A DNA stretch of 32,000 nt from Erysipelotrichaceae bacterium. GTDB lineage: Bacteria; Bacillota_I; Bacilli_A; Erysipelotrichales; Erysipelotrichaceae. The stretch is taken from positions 1,080,001 to 1,112,000 of the forward strand of contig OY760660.1 of NCBI GenBank assembly GCA_963663995.1, read 5' to 3'. This document shows positions 11,845 through 20,063 of the stretch, one piece after another; position 1 is the first letter of the stretch; every line of letters begins with the position of its first letter. A model generated the notes under the pieces. The model was not told the DNA's origin, ran no database searches, and worked only from the letters and a program-made list of their open reading frames with translations. A program made the translations under genes and the position numbers.

Positions 11845-12696
11845 TTAGTAATCAAGAACACTGTTTAAGAATAAATTCTGAAAAGTCTTTTTATTTTTGA
11901 GTAGACAACATATAAAATAGCTGACTTTTGCTTCATGATCTAAGATAGGAATGATTTTACGATCACTTGGGATTTCGTCACGATTATTCGCTAAATTTGT
12001 TGTGAAATGAGGTAGTGTCGACGAATGTATGAGTTCTTCAAATGCATCTCTTTCATTTTGTATAAAAAATTTTGAATGAGGCATTTTTGCTTTTGGTAGT
12101 TCACTCCAAAATCCAATATCAGCTAATAAAAGCATGTTCTCACCATCTAAGTCTTTCAAGAAAAGTGCATCTCTTTGAGATAATTTATGCGATTCAGGCA
12201 ATGAAAACATGAGGTTCTCTTCACCGAATTTTTTACAGTAGATATTCTCTTCAAACGGTTTTGAATTCAAAATAATGATTTGATATTCTTCATCAAGCAA
12301 ACCTTTGATTAAACCTGCTTCATCATCTAGATGTGTTTCAATTTTCGATTCCGCAAAGAAATCATGTGTTATTTTCGATAACTCTCTTAAAGGAATAGGT
12401 GCACATCCACCAATCGAAATCATCTGATTGTGACGATTGTAAGTTTGTACTTTATTAAGTGTTTCATCTACAGATGACAACAATTTGATTGATTCAAGTG
12501 CAGCTAGCTTGCCATTTTCATTTAAACTTAATTTATTTTTTGTGCGATTAAATAGCGGAACATTAAACTCACATTCAAGTCTTTTCATCACTCTTGTTAA
12601 TGTTGGTTGAGAGATATTCAATGATTCTGCCGTTTGTGTTAAAGTGCCCACTTTCTGAAATTCGATGAGAATTTTGAGATCTTCTAAATTTAACAT
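11845..12696 (-). CDS. LysR family transcriptional regulator
   Basis: 283 aa. HTH LTQTAESLNISQPTLTRVMKRLECEFNVPLF. Divergent from an SDR operon. Confidence 0.9.
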   Translation of the reverse strand: MLNLEDLKILIEFQKVGTLTQTAESLNISQPTLTRVMKRLECEFNVPLFNRTKNKLSLNENGKLAALESIKLLSSVDETLNKVQTYNRHNQMISIGGCAPIPLRELSKITHDFFAESKIETHLDDEAGLIKGLLDEEYQIIILNSKPFEENIYCKKFGEENLMFSLPESHKLSQRDALFLKDLDGENMLLLADIGFWSELPKAKMPHSKFFIQNERDAFEELIHSSTLPHFTTNLANNRDEIPSDRKIIPILDHEAKVSYFICCLLKNKKTFQNLFLNSVLDY

Positions 12697-12718
12697 AGCT
12701 AAGTCCTTAACTTTTTGT

Positions 12719-12733
12719 ATTCATATTCTGAAT
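12719..12733. promoter_or_regulatory. LTTR-type box ATTCA-N5-TGAAT (contains T-N11-A)
   Basis: Perfect 5-bp dyad in the 124-bp divergent region between the LysR gene (12696) and the SDR gene (12821). Confidence 0.4.
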
Positions 12734-12820
12734 AGTAGTATGCCATATTGATATTGTACATATTATTTGGGTATAAGTAAAATCTTAGTGTAAACAAACT
12801 ACTAAAAGGAGAAATTAATT

Positions 12821-13558
12821 ATGAAAAATATTGAAAATAAAGTCGTTATCATTACTGGAGCTTCATCAGGTATTGGTGAAGAAACTGCACGAGTACTTGT
12901 TGAAAATGGCGCAAAAGTTGTGCTTGGCGCAAGACGTGTAGACAAACTTATCGCATTAGCGAATGAACTTGGTGAAAATGCAGTCTATCTAAAATCTGAT
13001 GTTGTAAATCTTGATGACATGAAAGCTCTCGTCACTTTAGCAAAAGAAAAATATGGAAGAGTGGATGTGGTCTTTGCTAATGCTGGAATTATGCCAGCAG
13101 GCAGCATGTCAGAACTTAAAGTAAAAGACTGGATGGATATGGTTGATATTAATATTAAAGGTGTTCTAAATACCATTGCAGCAGTCTTGCCAGATTTTGT
13201 GGAACAAAAAAGTGGCCATGTAGTCGCAACTGCATCGGTGGCAGGTATACGCTCAGTTCCAGGCAATGCAACCTATTCAGGTACTAAGCACTTCGTTAAA
13301 GTATTGCTCGATTCATTTAGAACAGAATCTGTCTTGGAAGGTACAAATATTCGTACAACAACCATTTATCCTGGTGCCATTAAAACTGAACTATTAAATA
13401 CGATTGCTCCATCAGATCGCAAATCTATGGTCGAAGAGTTCTATAAGAATGTTGCTTTAGAACCAATCGCAATTGCTAATGCTGTTTTATATGCTGTGTC
13501 TCAGCCAGATAATGTCGATGTTTCAGATCTTGTAGTAAGACCAAGTAAAGAAAATTAA
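12821..13558 (+). CDS. SDR family oxidoreductase
   Basis: 245 aa. TGASSGIGEE, NAGI and YSGTK motifs. Confidence 0.9.
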   Translation: MKNIENKVVIITGASSGIGEETARVLVENGAKVVLGARRVDKLIALANELGENAVYLKSDVVNLDDMKALVTLAKEKYGRVDVVFANAGIMPAGSMSELKVKDWMDMVDINIKGVLNTIAAVLPDFVEQKSGHVVATASVAGIRSVPGNATYSGTKHFVKVLLDSFRTESVLEGTNIRTTTIYPGAIKTELLNTIAPSDRKSMVEEFYKNVALEPIAIANAVLYAVSQPDNVDVSDLVVRPSKEN

Positions 13559-13563
13559 GCCTA

Positions 13564-14397
13564 ATGAAAACATGGTTAATTACTGGATGTTCATCGGGTT
13601 TTGGTAAAAGCTTAGCTGAAGCAGTTCTTGAAAAAGGTTGGAATTGTGTTGTGACCGCAAGAAAACCAGAAGTCTTACAAGCATTCAAAGATAAGTACCC
13701 AAAGACTAGTTTAATCATATCTTTAGATGTTACCGATACACATTCAATTCAGAGTGCAGTTGATACAGCAATTAATCATTTTGGAAAGATCGATGTACTG
13801 GTCAATAATGCTGGATATTGTTTACGAGGCGCAGTTGAAGAATGTACAAGTGATGAGATTCAAAGGCAATTTGATACTAATTTCTTTGGTCCAATCAATG
13901 TCATAAAATCAGTTTTACCCTATATGAGAAAAGAAAAAGATGGTTTTATCATCAATTTCTCCTCCGTTGCTGCTTTCGCAACAGCTGAAGGTTCTGCTTA
14001 TTATGGTTCTTCAAAGGCTGCCCTCGAAAGTGTATCAGACGGGTTAAGAAGAGAAATTAATCCATTAGGTATCAAAGTCATGCTAGTTGAACCTGGGCCC
14101 TTCAAATCAGATTTCTACAACCGTTCACTCGATATTAATAACGTTAATATTGATGACTATAAAAATACGGCAACAAAGCGAAAAGTAAAAATGGAAAACT
14201 TAGATGCACCTGTACCTTATACATGGGGTGATACTGATAAAGCAGCTAATGCTATTATCCAAGCTATTGGTGAGGACAATCCTCCATTTAGATTACTTTT
14301 AGGAAGTTTTGCCATTAATCTTGCCAATTCGATTATGAATGAGAAAAAAACTGAAATGGATCAATGGCAAGATTTAAGTATTCAAACCGATATTTAG
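13564..14397 (+). CDS. SDR family oxidoreductase
   Basis: 277 aa. TGCSSGFGKS, NNAG and YYGSSK motifs. It starts 5 nt after the previous SDR. Confidence 0.85.
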   Translation: MKTWLITGCSSGFGKSLAEAVLEKGWNCVVTARKPEVLQAFKDKYPKTSLIISLDVTDTHSIQSAVDTAINHFGKIDVLVNNAGYCLRGAVEECTSDEIQRQFDTNFFGPINVIKSVLPYMRKEKDGFIINFSSVAAFATAEGSAYYGSSKAALESVSDGLRREINPLGIKVMLVEPGPFKSDFYNRSLDINNVNIDDYKNTATKRKVKMENLDAPVPYTWGDTDKAANAIIQAIGEDNPPFRLLLGSFAINLANSIMNEKKTEMDQWQDLSIQTDI

Positions 14398-14423
14398 AAA
14401 TTTAAAAAACTTTCATTTTTCAC

Positions 14424-14454
14424 TTCCATTGTAGTTACTACAGTGTTGTAAGAT
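14424..14454 (+). promoter_or_regulatory. Promoter with 19-bp spacer containing the dyad TGTAGTtACTACA (twin of 5092-5122)
   Basis: TTCCAT-TGTAGTTACTACAGTGTTG-TAAGAT, about 50 nt upstream of the AKR ATG at 14506. Confidence 0.5.
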
Positions 14455-14505
14455 GAAGTTTGTCAGATAAAAGTTCTGAAATTTTTTAAAAATTAAGGAG
14501 AAAAA

Positions 14506-15345
14506 ATGAAAACTATTACATTATCAAATGGAATCAAAATGCCTATGTCAGGTATTGGTGTATTTAGATTAACACTACCTGAAACTGAAAACTCAGTTGA
14601 GTCTGCACTTAAAAATGGTGTAAGGCTTATTGATACAGCCAATGGCTATATGAATGAAAGTGCCACTGGTCGTGGTATTAAAAGAAGCGGTATTAATCGC
14701 GAAGAAATCTTTCTTGTCACAAAACTATGGCCAACTGTTTATGAAAAAGATACAGCCATTGAAGAAACACTAAAAAGATTAGATACAGATTATATTGATC
14801 TACTCTTCTTACACCAACCAACGAGTAACTGGAAAGCAGGTTACAGAGCAATTGAAAAAGCTTATAAAGAAGGTAAAGTAAAAGCGATTGGTCTTTCAAA
14901 CTTCTCAGAAGAAAAATTAAAAGAAGCGATTGAATTTGCTGAAATCAAACCACATATGGTTCAAGTTGAAGCACATCCTTATTATCCTCAAGATGAATTA
15001 AAGAAATTATTAGCCGAAAACAATATGGGGTTAATGGCTTGGTTCCCACTTGGTCATGGTGATAAAGCACTGATCGAAGAACCCATTTTCACTAAATTAG
15101 CTGAAAAATATGGCAAAACAAATGCTCAAGTTATCCTTAGATGGCACATTGAATCTGGTAATGTTATAATTCCAGGATCAAAGAACCCTGATCATATTAA
15201 AGATAACAACAACATCTTCGACTTCGATTTAACTAATGAAGAAATGGCAGAAATTGCAGCTATCAACAAAGGTATTCGTTACTATAACGCTACACCTGAA
15301 CTTGTTGAATCATATGCAAGCATGCAATTAAAAGAAGATATCTAA
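14506..15345 (+). CDS. Aldo/keto reductase (short 2,5-diketo-D-gluconate/YvgN-like type)
   Basis: 279 aa. IDTANGY, LKRLDTDYIDLLFLHQP, EAHPY and IIPGSKNPDHIKDN motifs. Confidence 0.9.
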   Translation: MKTITLSNGIKMPMSGIGVFRLTLPETENSVESALKNGVRLIDTANGYMNESATGRGIKRSGINREEIFLVTKLWPTVYEKDTAIEETLKRLDTDYIDLLFLHQPTSNWKAGYRAIEKAYKEGKVKAIGLSNFSEEKLKEAIEFAEIKPHMVQVEAHPYYPQDELKKLLAENNMGLMAWFPLGHGDKALIEEPIFTKLAEKYGKTNAQVILRWHIESGNVIIPGSKNPDHIKDNNNIFDFDLTNEEMAEIAAINKGIRYYNATPELVESYASMQLKEDI

Positions 15346-15358
15346 GAATAGTTTAGTA

Positions 15359-15395
15359 AACATGTTAACGGCTTTTGTTAGCATGTTTTCTTTTA
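15359..15395 (+). terminator. Rho-independent terminator
   Basis: AACATGTTAAC-ggctttt-GTTAGCATGTT (one mismatch) followed by TTCTTTT. Confidence 0.6.
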
Positions 15396-15444
15396 AAAAC
15401 GAAATTAAAAGAGTAAATAAACATACTCTTTCGAAAGGAGCCAA

Positions 15445-16443
15445 GTGAAAAATACAGTAAGGTGGTCTGTATCTTTACTTATATTAATAACAATGATAAG
15501 TGCATGCAGCAAACAAGAATCAGAAAATATAACTAGCACACAAAACAATGAGAGTTTAAATATTCTTCCTCAGACTGGATTAACCGTAAGTGTACCTACA
15601 GAATATTTAAGAGAAGCCAATGAACAAGGAACAATTGTGCAAATTGATTATGCATCAAAGGATTATGTGAGTGACCTTTCTGATATCACTAAGACAGCTT
15701 TTGTTTATCTACCCTATGGTTATCAAGAAAATGATACAGAGACAAAATATAACATCATTTATTTAATGCATGGTTGGAGTGGCCATGCGGGTGAGTATTT
15801 TGAATTCTTAAGTACAAAAAACATGTTTGATCAACTCATTGAAAGAGGTGAACTTGAACCATCCATCATTGTGTCCGCAAGTTTTTATACAGAAAATAGT
15901 AGTCGAGATTTTGGTGGATCTGTAGCAGAACTCAGAGTATTCCATAACGATTTTGTGAATCATTTAATGCCAGCAGTTGAAGGTCAATTCAATACCTATG
16001 CTACTTCTACTTCAAAAGAAGATTTAATGACTTCAAGAGATCATCGTGCCTTTGGAGGATTTTCATTAGGTTCAGTGACAACATGGATGGAGTTTGCTTA
16101 TGATTATGACTATATACGTTATTTTCTACCAATGAGTGGTTCTAGCTGGTACTTTGGTGGATATGGTGATTATTATCCTGAAGAAACCAGTGACTTCTTT
16201 GAACAACTTATTACTGAGAACGATTTAAACAATAGAGGTTATTTCATTTATGTAGCGACCGGTACAAGAGATTCAGTTCGTGATCAAGTTGATATTCAAA
16301 TGGATGAAATGTTAGCTAGAAATGATTTCTTTACACCTGATCATGTCGTTTATTATATGAAAGATGGTGGCCAACATGATTTCGTTGCTGTTCAAGAATA
16401 TTTATATAACGCACTACCCCTCTTCTTTAAATTAGAAGAATAA
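15445..16443 (+). CDS. Secreted esterase-family lipoprotein (alpha/beta hydrolase, putative-esterase type)
   Basis: GTG start after AAAGGAG. Lipobox ITMISAC, then YLMHGWSGH and a GFSLG nucleophile elbow. Confidence 0.75.
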   Translation: MKNTVRWSVSLLILITMISACSKQESENITSTQNNESLNILPQTGLTVSVPTEYLREANEQGTIVQIDYASKDYVSDLSDITKTAFVYLPYGYQENDTETKYNIIYLMHGWSGHAGEYFEFLSTKNMFDQLIERGELEPSIIVSASFYTENSSRDFGGSVAELRVFHNDFVNHLMPAVEGQFNTYATSTSKEDLMTSRDHRAFGGFSLGSVTTWMEFAYDYDYIRYFLPMSGSSWYFGGYGDYYPEETSDFFEQLITENDLNNRGYFIYVATGTRDSVRDQVDIQMDEMLARNDFFTPDHVVYYMKDGGQHDFVAVQEYLYNALPLFFKLEE

Positions 16444-16543
16444 CTATTTCATAACTCTCGAAAAACAATAAGTCGATAAGATCCATCCAAAATAGACAAT
16501 ATAAATATTAAAGTCGAAAGGAGGGATTTTTACATGCACACTT

Positions 16544-16762
16544 TTGGGTACTTTTTTCAAACATTTATATCAATTCACAAACCCTGTTTGTTTTATACAT
16601 GGAATTGAAGATAGTGTTGTAAGTTATACAGCTGCAAAAAACTACCATTATATATATAAGGATAGCGAACTTAATTTACTTAAGGGTCAATGCCACACAT
16701 TCAGTGCCAATCTTGATGAAGCAGTAGATATCGTAATTAAATTCATTTTAAAAAACAAATAG
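16544..16762 (+). pseudogene. C-terminal remnant of an alpha/beta hydrolase
   Basis: Only about 72 codons (…PVCFIHGIEDSVV…GQCHTF…), matching the His-loop end of the fold. A good RBS (AAAGGAGGG) and ATG at 16534 are in a different frame and stop after 24 codons. This suggests an internal deletion. Confidence 0.5.
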
Positions 16763-16781
16763 TTAATTTGACGTTAAATAA

Positions 16782-16809
16782 AACAGCACCTGAGACATCA
16801 AGTGCTGTT
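16782..16809. terminator. Bidirectional terminator between convergent genes
   Basis: AACAGCACCTGA-gaca-TCAAGTGCTGTT (12-bp stem, one mismatch), flanked by an A-run on the left and a T-run on the right. Confidence 0.7.
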
Positions 16810-16838
16810 TTGTTAGTTACCTATTATTAAATGTTTAT

Positions 16839-17696
16839 TTATCTTTGCTTAGAACAATCTATTCTCATTAGTTTAATGATGAACCCGAAGATGAAATCTG
16901 GAATATTAAAGAAAGGCTTATTCTTATCCAATGATCTAATTACTCTCATTTCTTCTGGATTTAATTCAAAATCATAGAGTTCTATATTTTCTTTAATATG
17001 TAGAGGGTTCAAAGATTTAGGAATAATGATATGTCCTTCTTGAAGATGCCATTTCAATATAATTTGAGCAGCTGATTTACCATATTTTTGAGCATACCCA
17101 GAAAAAACTTTTTCTTGTAATAGCCCTTTGTTCGCATGACCTAATGGATACCATGCTTCTAATTTTATATTATATTTTGAAAGTAATTGCTTAAGATCTT
17201 TTTGTTGATAATATGGATGACATTCAACTTGTGCTACTGCTGGTAATATTTTTGTTTGGCTAATTAAATCTTCAGTTCGTTCAACATTAAAATTACTTAT
17301 GCCAATGTTTTTAATAATACCTTTTTCAACATATGTTTCTAAAACTTTCCAAGCAGCCACATAGTCTCCGAATGGTTGATGAAGAAACAACAAATCTAAA
17401 TAATCAGTATCTAATCTTTTTAAAGTATCTTCAACCGCTTTAATGGTCTTATCACTTCCATAATCACTTGGCCAAATCTTAGATGTTAAGAAAATTTCTT
17501 CTCTTTTCAAGCCACTATTTTTCATTGTTTGACCAACAGCTACTTCATTTAAATATAAGTTAGCCGTATCAATTGAACGATAACCTTCATTAAAAGCCGT
17601 TTTCAACATCGAATCTATATTTTTGGATAAGACTTGATAAACACCAATACCAATTTGATCCATTTTATTATTATTGTTTAATTTAACTTGTTCCAT
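16839..17696 (-). CDS. Aldo/keto reductase (short type, paralog of 14506-15345)
   Basis: 285 aa. IDTANLY, LKRLDTDYLDLLFLHQP, ECHPY and IIPKSLNPLHIKEN motifs. Confidence 0.9.
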   Translation of the reverse strand: MEQVKLNNNNKMDQIGIGVYQVLSKNIDSMLKTAFNEGYRSIDTANLYLNEVAVGQTMKNSGLKREEIFLTSKIWPSDYGSDKTIKAVEDTLKRLDTDYLDLLFLHQPFGDYVAAWKVLETYVEKGIIKNIGISNFNVERTEDLISQTKILPAVAQVECHPYYQQKDLKQLLSKYNIKLEAWYPLGHANKGLLQEKVFSGYAQKYGKSAAQIILKWHLQEGHIIIPKSLNPLHIKENIELYDFELNPEEMRVIRSLDKNKPFFNIPDFIFGFIIKLMRIDCSKQR

Positions 17697-17704
17697 ACAC
17701 TTTC

Positions 17705-18673
17705 CTATCTAAATCCATATTGAGTGTGTGGAACATATGCTTCTTCTAAGTATTTTATTTCCTCAGCACTTAATTTAATATTCATTGCTTCTACGGCTTC
17801 ATCAATATATTTTGTTTTTGAAGCACCAATCAGAGGCGATGTAATATAAGATTTAGAAAGTAACCAGGCTAATGCGATTTGACTGGTCGATTTCCCATAT
17901 TTTTCTGCTAATTCATAAACTCGTTTGATGATGATCTTATCGTTTTCTAAAACATATTTATTTTGGAGTTTACCAATACCATCCACTCTTTCTGCTTCAG
18001 GGTCTTTATTGAATACACCGTGCGCTAAGGGTGAAAATGGAGTGATCGCAATTTTATTATATTGGCACATGGGTACCATTTCTTTTTCTTCTTCGCGATA
18101 TATCAAATTTATCACATCTTGCATCGAAACAAATTTAGCCCAACCATTTTTTTCGGCAATCGCATTTGCTTTTTCAAGTTGCCATGCATACATGGCTGAA
18201 GCACCAATATAACGAATCTTTCCTGCACGCACTAAATCATTGAGGGTTTCCATAACTTCTTCTATAGGAGTTGTATAATCCCAACGATGAATAATATAGA
18301 GATCAATGTAGTCTGTTTGTAAGCGTTCTAATGAATGCTGTAATTCGGTATATATCATCTTCCGATTCAAACCTTTAGCATTCGCATCATCTCTCATAGG
18401 GTAGTAAAGTTTGGTAGCTAAAACAACATTATCGCGATTGGCATACTTCTTGATCGCTTTACCTAAAATTTCCTCTCCTTCACCTAAAGCATAATAATTA
18501 GCTGTATCAAAAAAGTTTATTCCACACTCTAAAGCATATTTTATAATCTCAATTGCATCATCTTCGCTCACTTTACCAGCAATACCACCACGATTAGATG
18601 TGCCATAGCTCATCGTTCCTAAACACAATTTTGAAACTTTTAATCCCGTATTTCCTAAATTTACATAATCCAT
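17705..18673 (-). CDS. Aldo/keto reductase (long type, paralog of 10758-11759)
   Basis: 322 aa. LGNTGLKVSKLCLGTMSYG, FFDTANYY and DLYIIHRWD motifs. It ends 8 nt upstream of the next AKR. Confidence 0.9.
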   Translation of the reverse strand: MDYVNLGNTGLKVSKLCLGTMSYGTSNRGGIAGKVSEDDAIEIIKYALECGINFFDTANYYALGEGEEILGKAIKKYANRDNVVLATKLYYPMRDDANAKGLNRKMIYTELQHSLERLQTDYIDLYIIHRWDYTTPIEEVMETLNDLVRAGKIRYIGASAMYAWQLEKANAIAEKNGWAKFVSMQDVINLIYREEEKEMVPMCQYNKIAITPFSPLAHGVFNKDPEAERVDGIGKLQNKYVLENDKIIIKRVYELAEKYGKSTSQIALAWLLSKSYITSPLIGASKTKYIDEAVEAMNIKLSAEEIKYLEEAYVPHTQYGFR

Positions 18674-18693
18674 AAAATACCTCCTGCATTTTA

Positions 18694-18724
18694 ATCATAA
18701 ACCTTGGAGCAGACTCTAGGTCAA
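18694..18724 (-). promoter_or_regulatory. Promoter with 19-bp spacer and ACCT…AGGT imperfect dyad (MerR-family-like geometry)
   Basis: Minus strand reads TTGACC-TAGAGTCTGCTCCAAGGTT-TATGAT, 20 nt upstream of the AKR ATG region (RBS AGGAGG). Confidence 0.45.
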
Positions 18725-18740
18725 GAAATATAGGTTTTTA

Positions 18741-18771
18741 TTTAAAAAACCCATTTCTTGCAAAATGGGTT
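18741..18771 (-). terminator. Rho-independent terminator of the MarR-pirin operon
   Basis: Minus strand reads AACCCATTT-TGCAAG-AAATGGGTT followed by TTTTAAAT. Confidence 0.7.
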
Positions 18772-18794
18772 ACACAAAATGTAATAAAGAAATC

Positions 18795-19493
18795 TTAATT
18801 TTTCTTCATTTCAATCACGATAAAATGACTTGGTTCAATTGCTTTAATACTTAAATTTTCTTCAATCGTTTCAAGTGCATCACGTTTATCTAAAATAGTT
18901 TGATTAATATTAGACACGCCTTCAATTTGGATTAAATAAGCTTGTCTATTTTCTTCTACATTAAAATCAATGCTTTGATCCTTATCTAACTCCAAAACTG
19001 AGATATTAACATCTTGGTGAATTTTAATTGCACCATTTCCTTCAATATGACTAATAATTTTTAACCATTTATTATGTCTATCATCATAAGTAAATCTCAT
19101 ATCACCATATTGAGGCTTATATCCATTTTTATCCGGTAATATCCAAATCTGAAGGAAACGTGCTACGTTGCTTCCCCAGTTATGTTCGCTGTGCCAAACG
19201 CCTGTACCAGCACTCATGTATTGAACATCCCCACGAGCTATCGTATTTTCATTCCCCATATTATCACCATGTGATAATTCACCATTAACAACATATGAAA
19301 TAATTTCCATATCTCGATGGGGATGTAAATCAAATCCTGTTTGTGCATTCACTAAATCATCATTAATCACTCTGAGTACGCCAAAATTCATATTTTTTGG
19401 ATTATAGTAATCAGCAAATGAAAAATGAAACAAACTTCTTAACCAGCCTAAATTACTAGTTCCCATCTTTGTGTGATCAATTTTTCTAATCAT
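18795..19493 (-). CDS. Pirin family protein
   Basis: 232 aa. Cupin metal site HPHRDMEI…H…E and a bicupin length. Confidence 0.9.
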   Translation of the reverse strand: MIRKIDHTKMGTSNLGWLRSLFHFSFADYYNPKNMNFGVLRVINDDLVNAQTGFDLHPHRDMEIISYVVNGELSHGDNMGNENTIARGDVQYMSAGTGVWHSEHNWGSNVARFLQIWILPDKNGYKPQYGDMRFTYDDRHNKWLKIISHIEGNGAIKIHQDVNISVLELDKDQSIDFNVEENRQAYLIQIEGVSNINQTILDKRDALETIEENLSIKAIEPSHFIVIEMKKN

Positions 19494-19494
19494 T

Positions 19495-19935
19495 TTATTT
19501 TCCTTCTTTCAATTTTTCTTGAGCATGTATTCCAATTTTTTTATTATAGTTATGATATTGCTTATTCTCATCTTCACTAAATACTCTAAATATTTCTTGG
19601 ATGAATTGTTGATGCTCATTAAAGACAAATTGTATTTTTTCTAAACCCTCATTTGTTAAATGAGCATAGATTTTTCGCTTATCGTTTTCACATTTAAGAC
19701 GTATGACATAGTTTTTACTTTCCAATTGATCTATAACATAAGTTATTGACCCACTTGATAGTAATACTCTTTGCGCTATTGCTTGAATTGCAATATCTTT
19801 TTTCTGACTATACAAGAGTTCTAGTACCATGAATTCGCTTAAACTTAATCCGTACTGCGAAACATTTCTTTCAATCAGTGTCTCTATACTTCTCGAAGCT
19901 TTTAATAAGCTAATTAAACTTTTTAGTTGTCGCAT
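19495..19935 (-). CDS. MarR family transcriptional regulator
   Basis: 146 aa. wHTH with LSLSEFMVLELL…SGSITYVIDQLESKNYV. It ends 1 nt before the pirin start. Confidence 0.85.
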   Translation of the reverse strand: MRQLKSLISLLKASRSIETLIERNVSQYGLSLSEFMVLELLYSQKKDIAIQAIAQRVLLSSGSITYVIDQLESKNYVIRLKCENDKRKIYAHLTNEGLEKIQFVFNEHQQFIQEIFRVFSEDENKQYHNYNKKIGIHAQEKLKEGK

Positions 19936-19946
19936 GCTTTCACCTA

Positions 19947-19970
19947 ATTTATCTTGAATTCAAGATAAAT
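19947..19970. promoter_or_regulatory. Perfect 24-bp palindrome; probable MarR operator
   Basis: ATTTATCTTGAATTCAAGATAAAT, 12 nt upstream of the marR ATG, between a TATAT-type -10 region and the RBS. Confidence 0.55.
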
Positions 19971-20063
19971 ATATAATCTTTTATTTTATTTAACCATTCA
20001 TATGCCCAATATAAAAAAACACTTTTTGAAGAAGTGTTTATATTTTTAATATTCAAATAACTG

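Noticed and set aside
10758-11861. Long N-terminal extension of the AKR (ORF-track start 11861) and the GTG 9936 start of the SDR
   Set aside because: The AKR extension overlaps the LysR stop, its terminator and a TTGACA promoter, and the conserved AKR N-terminus begins at M35 (ATG 11759). For the SDR, ATG 9963 follows an AAGGAG and begins right at the Rossmann strand.
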